A DNA stretch of 55,621 bases from the NCBI GenBank assembly GCA_010093815.1, contig ML996584.1. One strand, 5' to 3'. Below, piece after piece: positions 25,337 to 37,831 of this stretch. A program made the position numbers and the translations under genes. Within the stretch, counting starts at the first letter, position 1, and every line of letters starts with the position of its first letter. This DNA comes from Pseudovirgaria hyperparasitica (Eukaryota). The notes below the pieces were generated by a model, which was given only the letters and a program-made list of their open reading frames with translations, had not been told where the DNA came from and searched no databases.

Positions 25337-26405
25337 TTTATAATAGACAGTACACTAGTGTGTTCTAATATGGTCTACATTAAGGGACTCTACTCCTATT
25401 TAGTGTTAGCAGTTAGCGTTTCTGTATATGAGAGCATACTATAATTGATTTTGTACAGCTACAATTTTAGTATAGGTAATCAAGGGGTAATCTGGCCCCT
25501 AAGTACTTTGAGTACCTATGGAGACAGCATGCCCATCAAAACTTAATCAATATCTATCCTATCCGGACGAGGTATAAACTTGCTCTAAAAACACCGCGGC
25601 AACCGTAATTTGGACTCCCAGTCGTCATCAATCCATGCCTTTGGTTTCGCAGAGCTATTCGGGGCATTCAATAGCTAAAATATATCAACAACTCTGCATT
25701 TGGGTAACTCAGCAAAGCATACTCATGAATGCATATGCCTTTTATGACGAAGGCATGTGGTTTTTGAGGCTAGATAGTGTGGGAGAAACGCAGAGTCGCC
25801 ACATGCATGAGCTCGTTCTCAAGTAGACTGGCATGCATCGAGATACCACTACGAAGTGCAAGGTTGAACGATCTCCGCCTACCGCTGCTTTATGCAGTGC
25901 CGGAAGAGATTTGAGCACCTGGCCATTAAAGAAGAGCCAGGGTGGCTGCACAACACTTAATATTTTGTGGCCAAACCTCACGGAATGTCAGTTCGAGGAC
26001 CTCATGAGCTCGGGTAGGGGCTGTCTAAGACCTAGTGCCGACTTCATGGACTGTTTGACCATCTGTCGAGACGCAAATGGTGTCCTTTTCTTAGCGAATC
26101 GAGGCTGAAACGAACAGCTTTTGATGAGAAAGTTTTTTTATACAGAATAAGACTGTTCACTGGAACTCCCATGCCAATATGGCTTTGACGGCACGTTGAA
26201 GCCATCTTATTCAACAGCACACTGCCCATCAAGGGCTCGACTGACTCGATTACCTCGATTGGTTCAAGTCTAAAATAGACCTATTGAAACATTTACTTAC
26301 CAGCTTCATAGCTTAAAAGTCCAAAGCATCGAGCTAGTAATCCCCTCGAAACTCCATCATAGCGCATCATCTAGCATTTTGTAGCAAGCCGCTCTATGAT
26401 TCACA

Positions 26406-26772
26406 ATGCAGTTCTCCAAAACAGTCATCCCCCCTCCTTGTCCTCTGCACCTTCCCTACTAGGGCTCTCACACAATTGACACGAATACCATCGTCTCTGA
26501 CACCACAAACCCTTGTCCGGAAGCCGACCACACTGCAAGCAAAATGAATCTCAACGCGGATTTTTGCATTGCTTGTAAGAGAAGCATTGCTGCAGGAAAG
26601 GCAATGTGAGGTGACTGATAAAGTCCCCACTGCAAAAGCAGCGTGCGAGTTAGCAGTGGATTTGACATTGGCGAACAATGACGAGGGACAGAAGATCTGG
26701 ATGCATCTGAAATGGGACACTTTGGAGAGAGCAGATAAGATCGTCGCTGTGGGGGTGTGCTTGACCCACTGA
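26406..26772 (+). pseudogene. Possible frameshifted small secreted Cys-containing protein
   Basis: ATG at 26406; removing one C from a C6 run gives signal-like MQFSKTVIPLLVLCTFPTRALT. Cys-containing segments follow in other frames (NPCPEADH..FCIACKR; RQCEV..ACEL..GVCLTH*). Needs several frameshifts. Confidence 0.25.
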
Positions 26773-26860
26773 ACGATTTATAATCCTTTTCAATATTGTA
26801 ACAGCATCTCTCACGTCTTGGTCATAGCGTTCAATGTTCATGATTTTGACTTGTAAAACT

Positions 26861-27715
26861 TTATGACTTTCTCTCTAGCTGCTGTTCCAGCTCTGTTAAA
26901 CGCGCCACCAGCTTCTTCCGCAGAGTATCGGGGAGCCCAAATCTATAGTCGTGTTAATATTGCCCCTACACGACACTTATGTGTACTCACATGCCCTCGT
27001 TGGTTACCATCCGATATGTCCCACTTGATTGGTACCTCCCTGTCCCATCCACGAACTCTCCAGTTCCATCAACCTCTAAGCTTCCAAATATATCTTCTGG
27101 CCACGCCACTCGACCAAAATCAGGCGGGTTGCGCATGTCACTCACGTGCACGAAGCCTCCTCTACCCGCGCCGCCGATGCCACCTTGATTACTTGCACCA
27201 CCTGCACCGCCACTATCACTTCCATTCCTGCCTGTCTTCCCTGGCCCCCTCATGTTCTCATGCCGTTGCTGGGAAGCGCGACTCCTTGAAAACAGCATGC
27301 CGCCTTTGCCAAGCGCGGACCCAGCTTGAGATGCGAACATTGCGGCTTGAGACCGAACGACAGGGTCTTCTGTAGCATGAGCGGCGAGGACCTCATGGAT
27401 TATGGGAAAGACGTCTGGATTTTCGGTAAATGTTGAAGGTGTGGGACGTGCGGATGTGCAATGGCCGAGGGCAAGGGATGGCGTTGGGGGGTTCGTGGGA
27501 AGGAGCGTTAGGAGATTTGTAGAGTTTGATAGGGGAAACACAAACTGTGCTGCTGGATCAGTGGTTGTGTTGGAGATGAGAACGGTACGTGATGAAGGAG
27601 AACTCACGATATATGGGTTGTCTTGAAGTTTTGTAGGTGAGCTAGAGTATCGGGCTCGGAACGAAGAAGTCCGTATAGTGGCCACAATGGGCCGCAGTAT
27701 GCTGCGCTGAATCAT
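26861..27715 (-). CDS. Conserved-looking fungal hypothetical protein with mitochondrial-type presequence (2 exons)
   Basis: ORF 26987..27715 (GRGGFVHVSDMRNPPDFGRVAWPEDIFGSLEVDG..YRMVTNEG), GTGAGT intron, last exon IFGLPDTLRKKLVARL..RKS* ending at 26861. Confidence 0.75.
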
Positions 27716-27923
27716 TGCTTATAAAGGTAATTGGATATATAGAGCTGGGTTTGAATTGCGGATATGCAATTGAGAGCTTGGTGCCTCGTTTGCATCATGA
27801 GTCTCAAGTATATTTGTATACGGAGCAGTCGCCGATGCCTGCTCGCTAGTGCCACTGCCCTCCTGCCTGACTAGAAGTAAACATTCGCTATCGACTTTTG
27901 TTTTGCTTCATCTCGCCCGGTTC

Positions 27924-29069
27924 TCACAACATGGTACAGCTGATTTGTGACGCTCCCCTAATGTAAAATTGATTCAAGGTTTGTGCGACACTATTATTGC
28001 TCACGCCGTCGGCGAGTCCAATCCAGTGCTGATCTGTCCTAGAGGTATCGTTGACCCAAGAATTACTGCCATCGTCGCTGACATGGTTGTATCCGTACGT
28101 GTTTTGGTACTTGAATAGATTCTTGTGTCCAATCTTGGAGAAGCCGTCCAGCGATAGGACCGCGTATAACATCGTCAAGCCGTCCCATGAAGAGGTCGAC
28201 GCCCCACCTCGGCCAACATACCACTCATAGCCTGCCAAGACGGGCGATTTGGGAGGTGCCAAAGCTGGAGAGGGCCCGGAGATTACATTGAGGCCTGGTG
28301 TATAACCAGAGAATGTAATGCGCCCCGGCCAGAAATTGACCACCGCTTGTGTAGCTTGAGGAGTTTTACCACCAAAGTTGAACTCATAGGTGAAATGTAT
28401 GGTATTTGACGTAGGATACTCGCCACCCATCACTACTAACTCGGACACCTTGCGACGTATAAGATCGCGACCTCCCAAGGGTGAAAATTCGTCCGGAGTC
28501 GAAGAGATGAGGGTTGCGAGATTATCGAAATATCCTAAAGATACAACCGTGATACTGCCATCTTCTGCAGAGCCAAGTATACGTCGGTACATCTGTACAG
28601 GATCTGGAGTATGACCCGCGTCGTCTAATGCTCGTGGGTAATTATAAGCAATTTTGCTAGCGTATTCCCCGTTTCTGGTTTCAACATTAGAAACATGAAC
28701 CAATGCAAAATATCTCAACGTACACGAAGGTATAGCGGTCAAAATACGTGTCATTTGTCAAGGGCTTCATAGCCGCAATCGGAATATCGCCATTGCCAAA
28801 ATACGTATTGATACACTAGACGTTATGAGCTTCGGCCGACATTCAGTAGGCGGACGTACACTTGTGGCTAATGAGCCGTACTTTGAGGAAGTGTTTATAG
28901 CGATGCCACGGATTGTGGCGAGGCCGCAGTTGTGGAAAACGTTGGCCACTGCTAGAGCGCCAACGTCATCAATGCCGCCCATGATGTCGATATCCATGAT
29001 GATATCCTTTGCTGATTGCGCTCCCGCCGATGTTACCCATAGAGCATACAACAACATCTTGAACATCAT
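27924..29069 (-). CDS. Secreted inosine/uridine-preferring nucleoside hydrolase family protein (3 exons)
   Basis: Signal peptide; Asp-rich motif IIMDIDIMGGIDDVGAL; ITVVSLGYFDNLA; ELVVMGG..EFNF; SWDGLT. Two GTACGT introns restore the frame. Confidence 0.85.
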
Positions 29070-29384
29070 TATTGCTCGTAACTAGGTTATATCGAAGATA
29101 AATGTTATGCAGCTACATTTCTACCGCAATGTGGGTCTGCCCACTGTTGCCAAGGCGCCGAAACCCCCGATGGGCTTTTCTCTTGGATCTGAAGCTCCTA
29201 CAGATGGCATGTATGATCTATTTGGAGGCTATTATATCAAGCATTATTGTATCTTAGAATATGCTTCGATGGCTCAACTTACAGTAGCTAGGCCGTCCGA
29301 AAGCCTCTGTATAGGCAAGGGTGAAAGCCTTCAGTCCCCTAAGCGTGGAGTTGTCTTAACAGAGATCCCCTTACTATCTTGACT

Positions 29385-30651
29385 CTAGAGCAATCGTTCA
29401 ATCGGCCACGCGATAAGGTGCCGAGCCCCACATCTTCCCAGTTGTTCGGATATAGCCTGTATCATCTGCTGTGGAACACCTTCAATATACCACTTGAAGG
29501 ACATCCGATCTAGCAAGACTGTATAGTGGGCAAAGACCACCAAGGCGACTATATCCTGGCGATCCAGCAAGGCAACAAAGGCCGGGCGCAATTGATGTAA
29601 CCAAGTCATGATTGCCGCTAAAAACGTTCGTTCGACATCTTCATCTTTGTGATCTTGGAGTGGGGCCTCCAATCGACGTAGGAGTTGTGATGAGAAGATG
29701 AATGCCATCCTAAGCATGCGGAGGGCTACTGTGAAGCTTTCTACTTGACCTTCATCATATGGAGTTTTAGGAGAGCAGTCTCGTGGACATCCTTCCTCCC
29801 GTGACCAAAGCTTCTTCAGGTCATGGAGCCGACCATCGATATCATGCTCTTCTGGTGTCTCTGGTATGTAGTCCCTTTGCAGATCTCGTTTGGGAAGTAG
29901 GCGTGCGATAGGAGAGGACTCAATCCATTTCCAGTGGGGTCTCAGTACCCTAATTCCATGCCAGATCTTTAGCCAATGAACTGAATCTTCTGGCTGATTT
30001 CCACAAAAGTAGTTGCTGAAGGTATCGTAGTAATGCGACGCGGCTAAAGTGTATAGAAAGTTACAACTACCGAAATTGAGGATTGCTGGAGCGTTATCCT
30101 GGGTGACGTTTTCCAGGGCATCCTTCATGGGACCAGTAGCAAGGTTGATATGATGAGCACCAAGTGCCAGGTAATAGCCGTCGAGTCTGGAGGTTCCTGT
30201 CTCCTTTCGAAGTAAGTATGCCTTGTGACTAGCCGCTAAGGCGAGAATCGCACGCAGCAGAAACGTGTTTCGGAACGCACATTCGGGTACAAATTCCTGC
30301 CAGACGGACTCTATACTAATGGACAAGCTTGTCTTCAGAGTCCAATGATGTAATAGCTCCATGTCTTGGGTCGTGAAGTGGAATGAGTGCCCAGTCGACA
30401 GTGAAGATTCATCGCTTCCAGGGGTTGGGTAGCTGAATGGGCCTCCGTGACCTATGGTCCCATCTCGAAAATGACAATCCAGAGAAAGTTTCCTGCAACT
30501 ACCACACATTGGCTTCTGCTCGTCGCACTGGATCAATCAGACTGTCGAAGGCGTTTATCAAGTTGTCAATGGACCATACCTTGACCCGCCGACGTTTGCA
30601 AGTAGTGCAACCTGTTCTGGTTTTGTTGTGACGCTTCCGTTCGGCTCCCAT
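29385..30651 (-). CDS. Zn(II)2Cys6 transcription factor (Upc2-like architecture)
   Basis: RKRHNKTRTGCTTCKRRRVK|CDEQKPMCGSCRKLSLDC binuclear cluster split by an intron; DMELLHHW..FLLRAILALAASH fungal TF domain. Confidence 0.9.
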
Positions 30652-30907
30652 GCCTTTCTCTATGTCTACAGATATCTTAGAACATATTACAACATAGGGC
30701 ACCAGAAAGTCTTCAATCTAAAGATGTGCATGCTAGTATAGTCAGCCGAGCAATTCGGTGTTGTACCGGATACCTAACACTCTTGGCCGACCGGGATATA
30801 GAGGTCTGTGCGCTTTCCTCCCTGGTCATTCCTAAGCCCAAGGACCACTGATTAGGGTAGCCAATACGTCAAAACTGCTTCTATCAACGCCTTCACAGAT
30901 CACCATC

Positions 30908-32161
30908 ATGGAGGGAATGTTCTATAATGTTACGAATGGGTAATTAAGTCTCTGCTATGCTAAGGTTATGGAGGCTAACAAGGCCCGTACAGCTATGTCG
31001 AGGGCATTGTTCGAGGTTACCGCAACGCTCTTCTCACGAATCAGAACTACGGAAACCTGACGCAATGCGAGACCATCGATGGTATGCTATCGCCATTCCT
31101 GTAGTACGGTATCTGACTGACACTTTTGCGCAGATGTGAAGCTTCAGCTGTCTCCCGCTTACGGCGACTTCCTTTCGTCTCTACCTCCGAACCCTTCCAC
31201 TTCTGCTCTCGCCGCAAAGACTACAGACAAGCTTGTATCCGAGTTCCGCTATCTCCAAGCAAACTCAACAGGGTCCCTATCTAAGTTCATGGACTATCTG
31301 ACCTACGGTTACATGATTGACAATGTTGCACTGCTGATTACGGGAACGTTGCATGAACGAGATACTAGGGAACTGTTGGATCGATGTCATCCTCTTGGCT
31401 GGTTCGAGACGATGCCCGTACTTTGTGTCGCTACCAATATCGAGGAATTATACAACTCTGTCCTGGTCGAGACTCCACTAGCGCCGTACTTCAAAGGCTC
31501 CCTCAGCCATTCTGACTTGGACGAACTCAACATCGAAATCATTCGGAATACATTGTACAAGAATTATTTGGAGGACTTCTACCAATGGGTGAATAGCGAC
31601 CCTGAAGTTTCCGGGACCCCTACATCAGAGGTCATGAGCGAGGTGCTAGAATTTGAAGCAGATCGCAGAAGCATCAACATCACACTGAACTCCTTCGGCA
31701 CAGAGCTGTCTAAGGCTGATAGAAAGAAACTGTACCCTAACTTTGGACGGCTATACCCGGAGGGCACTCTGATGCTGTCGAGGGCGGACGATGTCGAGGG
31801 TGTCCGTATCGCCGTCGATGGTGTTGGGGACTACAAAAGCTTCTTTGATCAGACTGGCCTAAGCGGTGGAGGCCCGTCGCTCGGAAACATGTCAGGGGGC
31901 GGTGGCGATTCTCATAAAAGCTTAGAAGATTTGTTCTACCAGAAGGAGATGGAGATCAGCAAACTCGCCTTCACTAGGCAGTTCACGCATGCTGTAGTAT
32001 ACGCATGGGTCAAGCTAAGGGAGCAGGTACGGTCGACTACAAGTTAAACAACTAAATTCGGCTAATTCAACGTGTAGGAAATACGGAACATCACCTGGAT
32101 AGCGGAATGCATTGCGCAGAACCAAAAAGACCGTATCGGAAACTTCATAAGTGTATTTTGA
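30908..32161 (+). CDS. VMA6: V-type H+-ATPase V0 subunit d (4 exons)
   Basis: MEGMFYNVTNG|YVEGIVRGYRN..QCETID|..YGYMIDNVALLITGTLHERD..FEADRRSINITLNSF..KLREQ|EIRNITWIAECIAQNQKDRIGNFISVF*. Confidence 0.97.
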
Positions 32162-32742
32162 GGTAGTCTGCGCTATTGTTTGCTGTAAACAAAGGTATGG
32201 CGCCGCGACCATTGAAAGGCAAGATGTGCCTATACAAATGAATTACAAACTGCCCACACTGGAGTGCACATACACCCTCGCTATGGTGGCGTTGCTACAA
32301 AGGTGCCGATCAGAACAGGTAAATTCTCGCTGTTGGGTGGGCTTGTGTGTGTGGAGAGCCTGTCCAATTACAGGGCCATTGGCAGCCTTTCATAACACGT
32401 CGTCGCCTATACACTCTCATTCGTAGGTAGGGATCATTTGTATGTTATGCTTAAAGTAAGTAGAGAACGAATCTTTCACCCTAGGTACACTATGATGTAC
32501 AACGTAGAGTGGTCCTATGCTGTAACAAAAACGCCAGGGATGGTCAAAGAATATACACGTGCTATTTTGTTGTTCAGAGCGCGTTGTACGTGGTCAGAGC
32601 GTTCAGTCGCCATTGTTTGTTGTTAGTTCACCTGGCTCAAGTTGAACTTGGTTGCCACTATACTTCTTCAAGTCACTCTTCATAATTCGCTCGCCTTCTC
32701 TCGCTCTTCCACCTTCAAACAACATTTTCTCATCTGTCACTT

Positions 32743-33651
32743 ATGGGTAAACTCGACCACCAGAACGCCGAAGGGGGCAGGAAAGACAAGAGGCGACGCT
32801 CTTCGCACGATTATGGAAAAACACTGAAGTCGGTAGAGAGGTCGCGTCTCAACAGTAACAGTGAGGGCAGTGACAGAATCAGACGAGACGAATCGGGAAG
32901 AATTGTATTCCCTATAAAGGTTTGTGACTATCTTTTGCAACTTTTATCCCTGTGGTCTGAGTATCTACAGCGAGACAGCCCACCAAGTACACCTGGAGTG
33001 ACGGAAGTTCTAACTTCTGAACCAATTCACTCGCCTACCCCCGCATCTGAAAATGCCGCGGGCAGAGATCGTAAGATCAGAGGTATCGTCCAGCCCGAGA
33101 CACCCAAGAAGCGTAAGCATGATTCCAACGAGGTCCCTCAGAAACGAAAGCGAGGCACCGAAATGACACCCGGTGCCCGTGTAGGATCAGAGGATTTGGG
33201 TAGACGGGCTGAGATCAAGCGATTGATGGCGACGATCGAGCCCCGTACAAAAGCCGGTCGTGCTGCGCGCAAGGAGGTCCGCAAGGACTTCGACGATGAA
33301 ATAGAAAAGCTTCGCTTGCAATCACGAGCTCCACCTAGAACTCCTCGAAAGTCCAACAAGTTTACCAAGTCGAATCAGCCTCTACTCAAATCGTCTTTGA
33401 GTTCAGCTGTACATGGTATTCAATGTCTTATCCAGCGCCCAGCTTTCCATGAGAGCTACTTGCAATCTTTCGTCAACGCGGTCGGTGGTAGTGGAGTTCC
33501 TGATATGCGCATCACAGTGGAGGAGGCTAAGAAGCAGTTTGGGACTGCGGCTCTGCTATGTGCGATGAATGGGCTTACTCATGAAGACCTTTGCTCGCTA
33601 CTCGACCAGTTAAAAGGCAGTCTTCAACTTGTAATACCTCGCATCGCCTAA
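32743..33651 (+). CDS. Orphan basic protein with NLS-like motifs
   Basis: 302-aa ORF (PKKRK, QKRKR); probable in-frame 51-nt intron 32920-32970 (GTTTGT..CTACAG). Confidence 0.55.
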   Translation: MGKLDHQNAEGGRKDKRRRSSHDYGKTLKSVERSRLNSNSEGSDRIRRDESGRIVFPIKVCDYLLQLLSLWSEYLQRDSPPSTPGVTEVLTSEPIHSPTPASENAAGRDRKIRGIVQPETPKKRKHDSNEVPQKRKRGTEMTPGARVGSEDLGRRAEIKRLMATIEPRTKAGRAARKEVRKDFDDEIEKLRLQSRAPPRTPRKSNKFTKSNQPLLKSSLSSAVHGIQCLIQRPAFHESYLQSFVNAVGGSGVPDMRITVEEAKKQFGTAALLCAMNGLTHEDLCSLLDQLKGSLQLVIPRIA

Positions 33652-34389
33652 GAAGTGAGCTGAGCATGTCGGTCTATTCGTGCTTGTTCCATACATGCGT
33701 GGCTGGAACATTCAGGTATTGACTGGATATCGAAGTGCGAGTATAATGGTTGGCTGCTACATATCTACGTGTGCTCGAAGGAAGCAAAGCCTAGGGTCTG
33801 ATATCAACCCTGTAGAATACGGAGATCGGGCCTCTACACATTGGTTAACCCCTTAAATTGAAGGCAGCATTCACTTGCCTTGCAGATGTGAATTACTAGG
33901 CCATGGTCCAATTATTATGCACTCCTTACTTGCCTTTGGGGTAGACGTTACTCTACATGGCGAAACTGGAGGATGACTTGTGAAATACCCCTAGATGGAT
34001 AGATGCACTTCTTTCTCCCATTGCACCTCCCTATTCAGCTCAAACAACCGTGGCCCTGCGATAGTATCTGCTCAGGTAGGCGCGTCCAGTTACCAAGGCC
34101 GACGTTCCGTACGTCTCTCTCTCTTCGTCGCCGTCTACCTTGCTCCTTACCTTATTCATCAGGTACGTTCTACTCTTTCGACCAATACAATAACAACAAC
34201 GAAATTTCACCGCTCAATCTCTTTTCTATCTTCTTCTTCCATATCTGCATCCCTCTTCTTCCTCTCCGTCTTTCGGCTTCAAGGCCTTGGTCTTGCATGT
34301 TTCTTCGTGACCGTATCAGATCTTCATTCATCCTTCGCCGCTATTCGTAACGCACATATCCAGAGTGCAGGTCACTGAAGCCTGGTATA

Positions 34390-35783
34390 ATGTCTGACTC
34401 CGCAGCGTTCAACTTTCCTCGAGATGATGAGCTATCTGTCCCCAGACCACCTCGCAGTTTACGACCAGTCTTTCGCAGGCTTGGAGCCTGTGGAGACCGC
34501 GAGCTACTCAACTACTTGAGCAGCCGCCGCATTTCGCCAGGTAAGATTACTCACAGAACGGTATTACAAGCTCTGACTCCTCTGCTCCTTGAACATAGGC
34601 TTTTTGATCGAGGTTGATATGCTTTTGAGAAACTATCCCGAGCTCGAACACCATGCCCCGAGGTTTGTCGAAGAGTTCAATCGTACGTCGCCGCTGAATG
34701 CGTACCTTCATTTCTTGAAAGGCTTCACGCGTCCTTGTCGCTACCTCCCTGGTGTTATCCCCGAAGTTGACTTCACCTTGGACGAGAACTGCCATATCAC
34801 CCGCATCGTTGACAAGCGTGATCAAGAACTCGAGGATTTCTTTCGTGACTACGAGTATCGCTTCGATATCCTGGAGACCATTGACCGGGAGGTTCTCTAT
34901 TTCTGTTCGATTCTTAAGGACGGCGGACGTATCTCCCGCAACCAGCGCATGCTCGTTGCGTATCACCTATGGGGTCAACCTGTCGATTGCTACAAGTGGT
35001 ACGAGTACAATTACCAGGTAATATGTTTCAATAGAAAGACTCACTTGCTTTTCTATCATGTTAACTTCTACATCAGACAGAATGGCTTGCCCACCGGTAG
35101 GCGCATCGTGTATACACAAACACTTGCTGATTAACATCGATAGATATCTTCCGGAGCATGTCGTGCTCTCGAATATTCCTAAGGACCCTGGTTACGTCGA
35201 GCCCCATCCATATGTCTTGGCGGGACCAGGTCGAAGCCGCAATGATGTTGTGCGCCGCTACAAAGATATCCGCAAACAAATGGCAATGGCCTGTGACCAG
35301 GGAGTAGACGTGATAGACGTGCTGCTCGAGGGGTTTACGAGAGGCTTGGCAAGGAAGGGGTTGACTCGACAGCAAATATCGGATGCGAGAAAGGCGGCAA
35401 TTCAGGCCCTAGATGAAGAAAGAGTCAATGGGACAGGCAAAGATATCGTAGACTTGGTAATGGATAGCGCAAAAGCGGTCCCACTTCAAGCCCCAGGACA
35501 TGAGAAGACTCTACTTTTGGCGGCTCTAGCCAATCAAACAGTCTTGCCGAACTTCAGCTTCATCACACCGAATATGACAGCCGAGGCTCATATGGATCAG
35601 TACCAAACGAAATTCACTACCCGTTGCAGAAGTACGAAGAAGTTGAAGCAGTCAAGAGTACCAGCGCCGAACATAAGCAAGTCGATCAAGAAACCCCCAA
35701 AAAAGCGAAGAAGATGCCATGCAACCTTGCAGCGGACTGAACGATGTTTATCGTCAAGAGTCGGCCATGGATGTTCTCGATAG
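34390..35783 (+). CDS. Orphan 4-exon hypothetical protein
   Basis: Introns 34541-34598, 35018-35076 and 35097-35143 (all GT..AG) join ORFs 34390.., 34589.. and 35058..35783 in one frame. Confidence 0.6.
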
Positions 35784-36532
35784 AGATGAGTAACATAGAG
35801 TCTTTAAAAGTCGTGGCCGCCGGGATCGCGATTCTGTCAAGACAATTTTAGACTTCATGAGATGTGGCGGTATAGCAGGTCCGGAGACAACCAGTCTGGA
35901 GCTCGAGCATCCCTATTCGAAGGAGTATCTAAATCAAACTATGCATGTCGAAGCCGACAAGCGTGATGTGAGGCTAAGTTACGATTTGCTCCATCTACTC
36001 CCACCGTTCCTGCGTTGAGGTCGGTCGGCTGAACGTGTCCACCTCTTCGTTTCGAGCACTTGGTGGATTTCTTATACGACTGTTCGGTCTCATTTCAATG
36101 CCATCATGAGACTCATATACGAATAGTCTCTTTCCCATCTGTGTCCAAGAGGTAAAAGGAAACCTCAGAGCCTTAGGAGGCTGCATCAAGATATTCGTCG
36201 AGGATCGACAACGTTTTTGCTAGTCGGGCTTTACAAGGAAGCGAGAAGAGAAACGATCAATGTAATGCCTGATTAGCAATGTATCGGTAGACTCATCTAT
36301 CGAGCACCAAGCATTGTCAAGTACTCTGTCCTTCTCGGATCATTGCCTTTTGTCATGACTAGCCAAGCAATAAATTACAAACATCCATATGTGTCTAGCT
36401 TCATCGACTCTCCCCAGTCTTGAATTGATCTTCGTCGTGCACATTACCGCATTGGGACATCAGGTTCGGATCTAGCCTTCACTATCTTGGCAGTCCAGAG
36501 CATTTAATGAGTGCATTCCAACTCGATGGCAA

Positions 36533-37499
36533 TCAATCGCCTGTATCGAGCTCTCTACGCTGAGTTAGCAGTGTTTATATCGCATTTGCTTAGGCTTTGG
36601 CTTACAAATCCAACTGCACGCCGTTGCTCACACTGTAATCGGCCAACGTAAGCACGTCCTTGAAAGGTCTTTCGCCCTGCCTCTTGATCATAATCTCATG
36701 CGGCTGACGTCCAATTTTGCTCGCCACAAGGGCCTTGAATAGCTCTAAATCGTGTTAGTCGTTGACTTACTCGTTTTCTCAACCACTCTTCTCCATGGAG
36801 GAGGGCTGCATGCGTACTTATTGAATCACTCGCTTGACACGGTATCTGTGCCTTAGTTCCAAGCCTATCATTCACTGTCACCACGATCATCGGCTCGCTC
36901 GACTGTGCTACTGTCGTTGGGGGAGCGCGCGGTGGAGGTACGGACGTGTCCAAGATTTTTTCGGGTTGAGCTGAGCTTACACTATCAGAGCCACCATGCA
37001 AGCTGAAGTTGGAGGCTGTGTTGGGTGGGCGATTGAGAGAAAAGTCACGCTGGCGATCCTGGCGCTGATTTAGGCGTTGGGGGTCTGGGCCGGGAGAGCG
37101 GGCGCTGCGGTTATTCTGGCGACCTGAGTCGCGACGTGAAGGGCGGTATGTGTCGCCGCGATCTCTGTTCTCTCGATTGTTGTTGTGTTGCGAGTCTCCG
37201 CCGTCGTCTCTGTCTCGTAATCCGTTGCGATCTCTGCCCGACCGATAGCGATTGTCTCTATCCACGCTACCACGACTATCTCGATCATCCCGAGAGTTAC
37301 GTCTTGGTGAGCGATCGTATCTGTATCCACGCTTCAGACTTTTATCATCTCTACTATCACCGTCGCGAGTGCGCCTCTCTTTCCACCGAAGCCCACTGCT
37401 ATTATAGCCCGGGTTTTGAGGGCCGCGTGGGATTGATCGCTGTGGAGAGCGAGAACGAGCGCGTGAGGTTTCAATTTGACTATCAGTTCGAGGGGCCAT
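36533..37499 (-). CDS. HUB1: Hub1/UBL5-like ubiquitin-fold protein with long RS/RD-rich N-terminal extension (3 exons)
   Basis: ATG at 37499 (MAPRTDSQ..RARSRSP..RDRD). C-terminal MIVVTVNDRLGTKAQIPCQASDSI|KLFKALVASKIGRQPHEIMIKRQGERPFKDVLTLADYSVSNGVQLDL|ELDTGD*. Confidence 0.8.
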
Positions 37500-37831
37500 T
37501 TCGAGGAGTGGTGAGGTGGTAGTTGTGTCCAGCTGTTCAGGGCAAGGTGACGTGACGTTACAGTAGTAGGTAGGACATGAGGGACAATTCAGGCACATTT
37601 CAGGCAGCGAACTGTTCCTAGACTAATGGATGTCTCGTTAACGGTCACTGTGATCTTACCCGCTTATCTTATCGGTAGTCCCTTGTGAACCAGGCATGAG
37701 TGAAGTCACGAGTTTGGAAAAAAATGGCATACCGAAGTGCTCTCGGAAAGTCCATGTCTGTTTTATGAGACGACATCATGCCTAATTCTTAGAGCCATAA
37801 AAGCTCGATCTATAAATAAAAATAGATAAAA

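Noticed and set aside
27924..32161. Secondary-metabolite gene cluster around the Zn2Cys6 factor
   Set aside because: No PKS, NRPS, terpene synthase, tailoring enzyme or transporter in the window.
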